Positions 25,851 through 38,189 of a stretch of DNA of 64,000 bases are shown here, piece after piece. The stretch spans positions 28,582,001 to 28,646,000 of the forward strand of contig NC_135250.1 of assembly GCF_964204865.1 (NCBI RefSeq), written 5' to 3'. The first letter of the stretch is position 1. Every line of letters begins with the position of its first letter. The position numbers and the translations under genes were made by a program. The stretch is from Styela clava. Lineage: Eukaryota. Below the pieces are notes generated by a model. That model saw nothing but the letters and a program-made list of their open reading frames with translations. It was not told the origin of the DNA and made no database searches.

Positions 25851-26412
25851 CGTATGGCGTAGACAGGCTTTTCTATTGGAGGCCAAGTATTAAGGTTGGC
25901 TCATCATAATAGGACGCTACAAGTAGTTGTTTTCAAAAAACATTTAGAATATCTGAGATAGACATTAAGTTTGGTTGTTTTTATTTTTTTAATATTCTTT
26001 CTTTGAGTGATTTTGACTTTCCGTGACCTGGTATATATTAAATGTGACAAATCGAGTTCTAGTTTCGCAATAATCAAAATGTTTATAAAGGACGCGTACG
26101 TAGGCTACGCATAGATGGGAGAGTAATCATCGAATCTTAGCGTAATATTGAGCATTTTGCTCTGCATAAAGTAATATGACGTAATTAAAACTAAAAAAAA
26201 AAGACCAATTATGTCTGCGTTCTATTAATAACGAGTTTTTCTTTAAATGTTATCGGATTTACAAGCTTATGTTTATGGTTTGCATCACACACATAATTAA
26301 GCATTTAAAACCTATCACGGTATAAACTTTTCATCTATTCAGGCATAAATTATTTATAAGTAAATTGGTGTTGTTTGTCATACGCGTGAGCTTGGTAGTT
26401 TTACATTAATAA

Positions 26413-26626
26413 GCGTTCCATAAGTATTTGAGCCAATATGGAAGTAACTAATATTGTTCGCCTACTTTACATCTATTTGTGTAAAGGGCCTGAAGTATAT
26501 GGATGGGAGGTATGATCACTTGGCTAACGCAGACAGTCCCCGAAACTGTAACAGAACTGAAATGAAAAAAAATTTGAATATAATTATGGCCTAACCCTAA
26601 CCAGGTACACAAACAACGGGAGTACC
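26413..26626. mobile_element. MITE family copy, full length, about 215 bp
   Basis: Same internal sequence as 63587-63800; ends ...cctaaccctaaccaggtacacaaacaacgggagtacc. Confidence 0.8.
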
Positions 26627-29600
26627 ATTAAATATTCATTAGCGGCGTTGCCAATTAGCTGCGACAAATTTAGCTTATATTTGTTTTTAGTCTGTTTCTT
26701 GTAATTTAATTTTTTTTAACGAAATGATTTCATGTAGGAATGACTTTGGAAATATAGACATATACAGTAAGTAGAACTGTGTCATGAAGAATTTATACCA
26801 TATCAAATAAAATTCGCGAAATACTAGTTTTCTAAATACTTTTTGTCAATTTTGATCTTTTCATCATATAGATGCAAAATATGAAGACCGAAATCTCAAC
26901 AAAAGTCGTACCGTACTCGGAACATGCAGTTCAAAACATATTTCCGTTTTTGTTAAGACAATTTCAAAAGTTTGATGAAAATATATGAAATATTCTAGAA
27001 ACAAAATGGCTATTTAAATATATTTGAAACAAAAGAACTCGTATTGGCACCTGTACGTTAAGGCACGAGAGCATCGAATAGTTTAAAAGGACGGCAGACG
27101 AACAATATGTAAGGGCTCAACAACAGTAGTATAGTCAGCAACATTTATTTTTTTAATCGCCTTTGCAATATACATACAACATCATGGACTAGAAAAATCA
27201 AGTAGATTTCTAGAAAAATATTTGTGATTGAGAATACTGTATGACTACAATCCATCTAAATTCAAAATCATTGGAGTTATTGCCTGAAGTATATCTTAAT
27301 TAGGACGCATGCTTGTCGGAATCAGAGCACAAGTCATTACACCTCCAACACATAAGTATATTTTCGTTATACATTGTTTGCCACGAGTCTGCAATATATA
27401 ATGATATACAGGCACAGTACCGACGTTTTATATAATTTTATAATTAGCTAAATGAAATTACCTAGTTGGTCTGTCTCGAACATACATGATTGAAATTTTC
27501 GTAAAAATTTGCTCAAAACGTGTTTTAAAACTTTACATTGCAATGAGCAAATAACGGAAAAGACGTTGCTAGACATTTTACATACCGATATTAATCCGCA
27601 GGCAATCACCAGAAATCTATTACAGTAGCGTTGCTAGGAATTACGGATTATGGTATATCGTTTAGTCTTGCTAACTCACATCATAACGCCCCAGGACATC
27701 ATGTTGATTGTACTTGGAATACGTAATATGTATTACATACATGAGGGCTTAACAAACGTAAAATATATGAAAAATATGTTCACATATTTAAACTAAAAGT
27801 ACAATGTAAATAATATTTTATGCTTGTAAAGTATTGAATCGTAAAATGTATCATATGCTTCCAGTCTCTTATTGGAGTAAATAGTGTTCCCCTCAAGTCA
27901 AAATAAAATATAAAATTGTTGAAAAAATAGCGTTTCCCATAGGAGTCAAATGGAAAGTAATATCATTCTTACGGCTACCGCAAAGAATAAAAACTGAAAA
28001 TATGAAGACTATTGATTTATTAGTATCTGAAAAACGTTATTTTTACCAACAAGAACAACCGCAACAATAATCTAGCAAAACACTCCATTATTCCACTAAT
28101 TACGTAATGCTCTCTATGAAATGTTGTGGCATATTTTGAACAATGTGAATAAAATTCAATACCAAAACGAAAGTCTATTGTGGTCTGAGTCCTTTTAATA
28201 GGAATTTTTCTATTAAAATCAAAATGAGAAATATTGTTTTTTAATATACCTCACAACACTTGTATACCGCCATGAAACACTTGAGTCATATTTTGGTGTT
28301 AAACTGAACACTCTGAATCTCCGCTTATACGATAAATTACTATTTATATAGTTTGATTTGGTCTCGTTTTTAAAATTGCTGTCATTCAATTTGAGTACCG
28401 TATCAAGTATTAGGTCTATAAATTTATTAAAATATTCAATTACCATCGATAACTAGAGGTGGATAATTACTAAAGAAGTGCGATTCGGTGAAACAGTTCG
28501 TTAAATTTTGAAGGTGACCTATATGAAAAAAGTATAATTATTTCACAGACTTCAACGTTCTGAGTAATTCAGGAAATAAAAGTAAATGTTTTTCAACAGG
28601 CAAACTAATAAATGTCAAAGAAAAAAAAAATAATTTCGATTTTTAGTTATTTATTGTTCGCAAGAGGTTGATAGCTGCGGCTTTAAGTATTAAGTAGGCG
28701 TTAAAACGGCCTCTGAGGTAACCCATATTTTAAAAAATGGCAGCAAATATCCATTTATTGCAAAGATTTCGTATCTTTTTCAAATAGCTTCCAAGGTAAG
28801 AGTGATCGCTTTTTAGGAATTTTTTGAGGAGAGAGTGAACATACGACTCGTGAAATATTATCACAAATGCTCAACTCTTTACGATAAAAATGTTGCATTC
28901 ATAATATTGAAAATTTACTTAGGGTTTTACGGGGGATTGCAAATTGCGCTGCATTAGAATGGTTACAAGTCTTCTCTATTTTTCTCATTTTTTTAATGAA
29001 ATATGAAATAACGGATAAAAGAGTAACCCAATTATATTAAATAACTCTATTATTGGAATAATTTTAGATTTCACTGTAATTAATGACGTAATTTTTACTA
29101 ACCGTAAAAGTACCAGTCATTGAAATCGTTGGGCTGTACACGAAGAAGAGTGAAACGAAAGTAAATAGCGCATTGCGCATATTTTATTTATATTGTGCTA
29201 GATATTCTATTGTCTTGAATGAACTCATTTTAATTAATTTTATTATATTACAATTCCACGGGATTCATGTTATAAAAATATCTAATTCCAGATAAGTGAT
29301 ATTTTTGTACATGACAAAGCACCTATTATGGAAAAAAAAAAAGGGAATTTCATGTCAAATCTTAATTCCTATTTCTTTTCTCTGTGTATAGTTCTCATGA
29401 ATCTTTTTCATTGAATAAAAATCAGGATGGAGCATTTAACATTTAATGGCACTATTTGAACTGATTTGGATAAGACTATTTTTAACGTGTTTTATAAATG
29501 TCAAACTATAAAAACAGACATTCAGAACTTGACCGAAAATAAATTACTGCCATTAATAAGATAAATAATGAAAATCATCTTATATTCTCAAAAGAAATGG

Positions 29601-32600
29601 TTGTAAATAATTACATTTTGTACAGTTTGTAGTGTTTACCTTGAAATTGCAAAATATTGACCACTTACAGCTTGCTTGTTCACTCCGCATGTTTTCACGG
29701 TATACATCATAATTATGAGATAAACATTGTCAAAATGGAAGTGCAATCAACTTGTTGCACGTTAATTTGCGTTTGATACATCCTTAAGGCGTTTTAAATA
29801 TGAACTAACACATACACGCAAAACCACAATCCGCAGATCTGCGGAACGGTAATCTAACAAATATTTCTTTGAAAAGTTATTTTCATTTATTACTTAACTT
29901 AACTGATAGTTGATTAGATAAGTCTGACGAAGGCTTGTTAAAATGAGTCGAAACAAACAAAACATCATAATCCGTAGTTCTACGGAACGCTAATTTGTAA
30001 AAATACCTTTTAAACGTTTTATTTTATATCGCAATGATGAATTTGTTGTTGACTCGAGCGCAGTGATTTGAGTGATAAAAAAATTGCAAAGCAATTGTGC
30101 TTGGTACTTTAATCAAGTACAACCACAAACCGCTTTACAAAAATTCAATTTACTCTGTACTATTAGTTATACTACATGAACTTATTTTAAGCTATTATTT
30201 TAAGTTTGTCGACACCTCTTGTGTGTAATATATATTACACATTGTGTCGTACAATTAGCATAATTATGAATCGTAAGGCGTCATGATGTCAGCACGCATA
30301 AAATATATACCGTAATCTGCAGTTCTAGGAAAAGCTACTTCATTATTTTTTTGCTTGGTACTTGCAAATAACAATCTATAAGTATTTAAAAAAAATGTAT
30401 ATTGTTCTTTCAGGCATTTTACCTTATACTCTACCTAATATCGTTATGTAAAATTTCTAGTAACTTCATTTCATTTTTTTGCAAAATTTCGATGGAAAGT
30501 TTAAACATGTTTTGAGCAAATATTTATAAAAAAAATAATTTTGGTATTTATATATTCTATGAAATGTTTGCACTGAGTTTAAATATCTCAGACTCTTAGA
30601 AAATAACATATTAACGACTTAATATGTTCGTGTGGGAAGTGTAGTGACTTGCGCTTTGAATCTGATTGGCATGGGCCTCAATTGAAATATACTACATGCA
30701 ATAACAATCGGGATTTCAATTTACATTAATTGTATGTGAATCATTTAGTATTCTAGTTTGAAAAAAAATTCTAGAAACATAGTAGATTCTGTATGCTATA
30801 TTGTTTGTATATTAGAAAAGGAGAAAATTTGACTAAGTGCTGTTGAGCGCATACATATTGCTTATTTGCCGAACTTTTAAACTATTCGCGGCTCTCATAC
30901 CATACCGTACAGATATCGATACAATTGGCAACTTTTTATTTTATACATATTCAAATTTCTATTTTGTTTCTAGAATATATCGTATTTTTTATCACACTTT
31001 TTGAATTTTTTTTACAAAAACGAAAAAATGTCTTGGACTGTCTCTTTCGATTATTCTACGAGTTTTGTTTGTATTTCGACGTTTATATTCTGCTTCTATA
31101 TGATGAAAAGACCGAAAAGGTTTCCACCTGGTCCTTATGGACTTCCGATCGTCGGGTATATCCCTTTCATAGGAACAAATCCCGCGGCCACATTGTGGCA
31201 AATGAAGGAAAAATACGGATCGGTGATGTCTGTACAAATGGGGCAGGACGATTGGGTTATATTGAATGACTTCGACATTATTAACGAGGTACGGATTCAC
31301 AGTATTTGTTGTATTTTAACGCACATTGAAAATGATAGTTCGAACCCAATGCATACAACTTCAGTGAATAGGAATACTTTGAATCTATCAAAAAGAATAG
31401 CTCGATATTTCTGAATTATAATCCATATTCAAGTTTCGCAAGTTTGTTATTTTTTTATGGTTCTTTGTCTGTTTTTAGACAATTAATAACAATTCCTAAA
31501 AATGTTGTCTTTTCGCTAACACAGTAATCAGCATTGCGTTGATCCTATGATTTTCTAATTCATTATTTCGCTCTTCTATTTATTATTTATGACGAGAATT
31601 TTATATCTTCATCACATATCATGAGCATCTTTTTTCTTGTTTTACAAGTTAATTATTCACGCCTTTGGCACCGAAGAGTATTCATACAATCAGCCTCTGA
31701 TATATCCTGATATGTAACGTGTCACTTGGTCGGTCGATTTTATTACATCTTGGGTGATCTTGTGAAAATGAAATTTGAACCCGATATATGCCATATGTGA
31801 TGCCAAAACATTTGAGCGTAACGCATTAAAGTTAAACGATAAGCCATCGGACCCACCAAGCTTGTTATAAAACGCAATTAAGTTTGCTATCTCTGAGAGA
31901 ATGCAAACCATTATGCACTAAAATTGAACTCCGCCCAACACCATTTTGCTGTTTCTATAACTGTTTCAGAACGAAACTGAAACTCTGGGCTTCAATGTTT
32001 GTCTATTTTGTGGCCAACTAATAGGTCCAACTACCATTTTCATATTGCTAGCTCACAATTTCATTTAAAGGCACTGGTGAAACAAGCGGATAAATTTTCT
32101 GGACGCCCTGAAAATTACGTTTTCGATCTGATAACCACAGGCCGAGGTCTAACCACAAGAGATTATGGATCTATATGGAAAGAGTTGCACAAGTTTGGAT
32201 TGATGACTTTGAGAGGGTAAACCTTTATACAAACATTTGCAACTTGTTCTAAACTAATTTAACTTGTGGGAAGTAATTTGAAAGCAAGAGGTTTAAATCT
32301 GCGACTCCGACACAGTCAAGTTTAAAGTTTTAACAGAAGGCAGACAAAATCTGACATCGCAGTATAACAACTGTATGATTGCCTTTGCCATTTGATGTTT
32401 ACCGATATCCCGCGGAACAGAAGCTAGACACTGGTCTCAACAAAAAATAAATAAATAAGATGCGTGAGAGACTTTCTAATGAATCAGAATCTGCCTTGCA
32501 AATGGAAGTAATTTACTATAAAAATCTTTGATTCAGATTCGGAGTCGGCAAGAAAGGAATGGAGGCAAATATAATCGAGGAAACGCCTTTTTTAATTGAA

Positions 32601-33131
32601 AGTTTGACGACCAATAACGGGAAGAGATTGCATGTATGACATTATTGTTATTCTTAACTTTGACTGTAACAAAATAAATATGATAACATGTGATAAATTC
32701 AGGTTAATGTGGCTCATTACTGAATAAATGTTGATAATAAAAGTCGAACCAATTTGTTTTTTTGATTCAATAAAATAAAAAAATCGTGGTCAATGCAAAT
32801 TTGTCATTCAAATTCGGTATTATTTGTTAAAGCGAATATCATACCGATCGAATTGCACTGCAAGAAACGAGTCATTGATTTAACAATATCGTTAATCTAA
32901 TCCAATGTTTTACACTATTGGAAAATTCGTGTCCGTATATTTGAGCATCACTCTCTTTTTTCGCCCATAATTGTTTTCATTTTTTTTTACACTATAGGCA
33001 AAGCTTTTCCTTGCCGTGTCGAACATTATTAGCCGTGTAATATTGGGTTCTCGGTTTGAATATGATGACAAAAAGTTTATTCACATGATGGAAATCGTCC
33101 AGAAATAGTAAGTTTGTAATTAAGTTTAATA

Positions 33132-33317
33132 TTGGGTGTCCATAAATTCTCCCATTTTTCAAAATTGCACAGTGAATTGTTTTGACCATCACGGATATTT
33201 TAAATAAAATAAAAAATCTAAACAATTATTGATTGAAAACAGCAAATCTGGTTAAGGTTATGGAGAACTGAATTCATGACAAAGTTGAAATTGCAAAGAG
33301 ACTTTATGGACACCATG
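33132..33317. mobile_element. Tc1/mariner-like MITE in CYP-B intron 4
   Basis: TIRs ttgggtgtccataaattctc / gagactttatggacaccatg are flanked by TA on both sides; absent at the homologous site in CYP-C and CYP-D. Confidence 0.8.
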
Positions 33318-33894
33318 TATATAACTTTGAGCAGTAAATATTGTAATTGTTTTCATTCACGTCACTCACTCCGAAAAAGGCTTTATACCAGCATCAACCG
33401 ATATGCAATGGGTGGCTATTTCAAGATTTGATCATTTTGCATCCAATCTATTTTTTGGGGGTTGAGGTGGCGGGCATGAAAGTCGAATGTGTAAGGTATT
33501 AGCTAAGATGTCAATATAGTGAATTCTAACCTCAACGCCATGACGCTTGTGTAAAGTCGTTCGGATAATTTTGAACTTATGCCAAGCTGAAACCCCAAAA
33601 GTTCTTGAACCTAACCCTTAAGTTTTAAACCCTCATTGATACAAACCAAATTCCAGAAATAAAAATAACATAATAATTAAAGAAGAAGATATGTGCAAAT
33701 GGTTCTAAAATGTAGTTGAAAAATTAAATATTTTATTTATATAGTCTATATTACATGTAATTACGCTAAAAGTTTTAATAGTCTCAGTAACTTTGATACT
33801 GAAGTGATCGCCCGTAACTTTCAGAGATCGATGCATATTATTTCCGAAACAATACGTGTGGCCATAATTTGAGCAAACTCCCTATGCGTGTATA

Positions 33895-36869
33895 TAGTCC
33901 GGCAGAAGCGGGCCTTAACATTGTTTTGGGACATAAAGTTTTTTTTATTGTTTAGATATAATGTATATGACATATATAATGATACCCAGCTGGGTGTGGA
34001 GTATAAAATGTTGAGCAATTTTTTTTAAGTGGATTTAAAGTATTCGGCCCAAAATGACGCACATCCTGAACCCTAACCTGGTGAACATACAATGTTCAGG
34101 TTGTGCGCCATCTTGGTACGAATACTTCAGGAGCGCCTTTTTGTTAAAAACAATTATTTCATAACTATATGGTTTAGTTTTGCATACATAGTAACATTGA
34201 ATCTCCTTACATTGTCAGAAATTCAATTTTAGTAGAACAAATGGTAGTTTATTTCACTAATACAAGCCAGGATCCATCGACAGAATCTATCCACTTTCTA
34301 TTGCGCTCTTCAAACTACATTTGCGTTGCCGCGCGCTTTTCGTTTTCCTAGTTTAAGCTTAGGGACTTGGGAAATATTTTATTTTATTAATTGGATTGGA
34401 ATATTTGACCTCGTTATTCACTTCGAACAAGGGCATGTAAAACCATCCACTGGTATCTAAAGATGTGTAACGTGTTTTTTTTTTGGAAGAACCGCAGCCT
34501 TTCAGTACTGCATTGACTTTGGCAAAATTAATATATCCTTGTGGAAATAGAAGGTATGCATATGCGAAACCGAAACCTGTTATGCCAACATAGTTGAATC
34601 AAACGTTTTGAATACTATAGTACATCACACACATTTTCCTGCGTGCTTCGGTTGTACGTAGTAACGCGCACATTTTTGCGCACATGCATCAAATTCTACT
34701 TGATTATTGAGCTATAGGTTTTTGACGAGCTTTTGTGTGTGATTTCATTCCATAGAATTTGTATGCTGTTCTAAAGGATAAAATTTCAGCTTTTTCATTC
34801 ATTCAAACCGCATGTTGAAAGTAAGTTTTGTAATATTGCGTGTTGGTTTCCAACATTCTTGAATCGGTGATGCCAGTAAATCTTTAATACAAAAAGATCA
34901 GTAACATCTGCAATAAAAACAGCAGTACCCACTCAAATGACAGCTGGGGGATGGATACTCTTAGTATCTGCTCCATCGCGTGCTTCTTATAGTCTTACCA
35001 GTTTACATGAGTGCCAATTGGTATCTAAGCTCAGCCAGAGACAAAAAGTTTCGGACTGCAGTTGGCGTGACGAAATGTTTTTAAATATATATTCTACAAT
35101 AAGATTATTTGATTGCATACTACTGAAAGTTCCGCCTTATATGTCTTTTCCCATTGCACTATTCCTTTACTGATATTCGATAATATGACGTTCATCTGAC
35201 ATAGTTCTTAAAGTGTGTAGATGGGTATAATCTTTTCCACGCTGTTCAGATGGGAATGCGCGAATATATATAAGAATTGCTAATATTGGTTTGCAATGCG
35301 ATGAAATCCCATCTTGACATTTCTGCCTCTCGCAATTGCTGCGTATACTTATCGGGGAAGTTCTGTGGCGTGGTTATCAAATGAAAAAAAACATGGGAGT
35401 ATTTTTTGTACTTCTCTACTACTATCAAACCTTGATATTTTGTGAAAACTTTTTTCCATGCAACCCCTTTTTAAAACATCCCTAACAACCACAACTAATT
35501 CTGTTATTAAACTTCCGAAACAAACACATAAAATCATCAACAGATGCATATCACCAAGTAAATATTGCTGAATTGATCTTTATTTTACCATGTTTCATGT
35601 AATTCTTTTTGGTAAACCTGTTATCCATGGTAAATACAGCACATTTGACAATGTTGTAGTGTGACTTTTTTGGCCTCACATTTTTGATATTTGTAGTTAC
35701 AGCTCTTGGGCCTCTGTCAAACAAAGTTACATACAAAATATTGGTTGTAAATTGCAAAACATGATCATGTTGTTGGAATAACTTGGGATTTTACCACCCG
35801 TATATCATTCATTGTTGAGAATATTAATAAAATCATGAAATTTAAAAATCTGTTTTTTTGAAATTTTTGTTGTAGCTGAATTCCAAGGACAGCATGACAA
35901 CAGGCAAGAGAAGCACAGTCGCATCTTTTAGTTTATGACAGGGTTTCTTAAGAGGGGACCCCTTCCTGCGAATATAGGATGCGAATATATAATAACAATG
36001 TATTTTTATAGAAGAAAAGCAGCAAAACTGTTGAGAGTTTTTGGTAGCTTGGAAAGCATTGGCATGGAACATAAGAATGAACTACATTCTTTCCCAGGGA
36101 TATACTATGAAATGTAGCAATTTTCTCATTCTTGTTCTCGTGATATCATTATCTTTCACTGCGTCGTCTTGATCATCCCGCTGCATAACAATTCTCGCTA
36201 ACATATAATTGACTGTTCTCCACTGGGTGTATATCCACTTGAACCACTGGCGACTGCATTAGCAGGATTGTATTGTTAATTGCAACAAAAACGGGTATTT
36301 TGAAATAGTACTCTTTATTTTACGCGTATGTTTCGACAGTATTTCCATATACTGTATATGGGTCGCGACCCAAAGCTGGGCTCAACAAATACCTAAAAGT
36401 TATTGATTTTATTTCCTAGTACATTTGGTGCTTGCGTAGTTTGTGCACCAAGATTGCGCACAACCTGAACATAGTATTGTAATAGGTTATGGTTCAGGTT
36501 GTGCGTCATTATGAGGCGCAAGTTTGACGAAAAACACTAATAGAAATATCTCAACAAATACCTAAAACTTATTGATTTTATTTTCTAATAAATTTGGTGC
36601 TTGCGTAGTTTGCGCACCAAGATTGCGCACAACCTGAACATAGTATTGTAACAGGTTATGGTTCAGGTTGTGCGTCATTATGATGCACAGGTTTGACGAA
36701 AAACACCAATACAAATATTGAGCAGTAAAAAAAATTGCTCAAGGCTGCAAACTCCACACCCATGTAGAAATGATGGGCAATGACCCCAAGATGAATAATC
36801 ACAAATAAAAAAAACTTTATGTCTGAAATCAAACTTGGGCCAAAAAGGTCCCCTTATCTGCCGGAATAA
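33895..36869. mobile_element. About 3-kb degenerate DNA transposon with about 130-bp imperfect TIRs in CYP-B intron 4
   Basis: Left tccggcaga..ggg.cc..gacataaagtttttttt..tgggtgtggagt..ttgagcaattttttt is mirrored by the reverse complement of 36725-36869. Flanks are TA-rich, and CYP-C/D intron 4 are colinear across the site without it. Confidence 0.8.
36381..36718. repeat. Tandem duplication, 2 x about 169 bp, each containing a MITE arm
   Basis: The unit ctcaacaaatacctaaaa...ggttcaggttgtgcgtcattatga...gacgaaaaacac starts at 36381 and again at 36550. Confidence 0.9.
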
Positions 36870-38189
36870 TATACAAATTGTTTTCAACAACGAAGAATGA
36901 TCAACTATTCCAAGTTGATATATGCGGATCTACTATATACAAAGCAAAATTTACATTTTGCTGTCACTGTTGAGTCAAGAGCCACTATTTTTGCATATAA
37001 ATTATTTTATTTTTCGGAATCGCCTACCAAATTCATTACACCACGGTAATACTGTTATTTTAAAATCACAGTGCCGAAATCACAACACATTCCAAACTCT
37101 TGACAGCGTTGTCATTGGCCCCAATGTTACGATTCATTCCGCCATTCAAAGGAGTTGCAAAGATAACCAAAGAAGATTCAGACAGTATGTTAGGTGAGAT
37201 TTGTTTTGGTATTTGGGTGATATAATTCTACTTACATCGTAAAAGTTTTAAGCTGAGCATTTACTCGGTTTGTTTTTAAAGTTTGGTAGTTCAGTTTGTG
37301 ATTAATTGATCTTGCTGAAACACGCTAAGTATAGAGATACTACTATACATTGAAAGGACCGAAATCTTTCGATTTGAAATTGTCTACCAAGTTTATTATA
37401 CCCCGGGCGAAGTGGTTTACGTGGGATTTATTTCTAAGAGTTTCTACATACGATAACACCTCAGATAAGTCAAAAACTCACAATCGTAGAGTATTGTACC
37501 TGATATATTGCATTGTATGGTTTTAGGATATTTACGTGAGATAGTCGAGAAGCATGAATCCAACTTTGAAAAAAACGACATCCATGACTTTATTGATGCA
37601 TTTCTAGTTGAGATTGAAAAAAGCAAAAAAAACGATAAAACCTTTAACGTGAGTTGCGTTCGTTTTTATTTAACAATTCTAATTAGAAAATTTAACATTT
37701 TCTCAAAGATTAGAAAATAACAAGAACAAAACAATCATTCATATTAATTTAAAAATAAATTAATAGAAAAAAAATTATTGTTTTAAAGTAATGTTCTTTA
37801 TGCAAGATAATTTTACTCGCAGCCACCAATTTTGCACGAATCTGTCTTAAAAAGAACTTTATTGGATAAATAAAACTTTATATATATTTATATTTTGTGA
37901 TATATTCGTACATAATATATATGATTAAACAATATCACCTATAAACACTATATTTCAAATACTATATTCAGAAACAAATGCTCATTCAATACATTCGAGA
38001 TCTGCTTGACGCTGGATCAGAAACGACGAGCACAACCTTAGGTTGGGCATTGCTGTGCTTTGGAAATTATCCAGAATGCCAGAAACAAATATCGGATGAA
38101 GTAATGAAAACATTAGGTAATAGAATAAATTCATTTTTTCAAGTTTTCAATTTAATCGTTCGGAAATCCTTATTTCGTGTTCATTCAAA

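Noticed and set aside
34200-36300. Transposase ORF inside the 3-kb element
   Set aside because: Only short interrupted frames; no DDE/D motif could be identified with confidence.
36381-36718. Repeat-spacer (CRISPR-like) arrangement
   Set aside because: Simple two-unit tandem duplication in eukaryotic DNA; no unique spacers and no cas genes.
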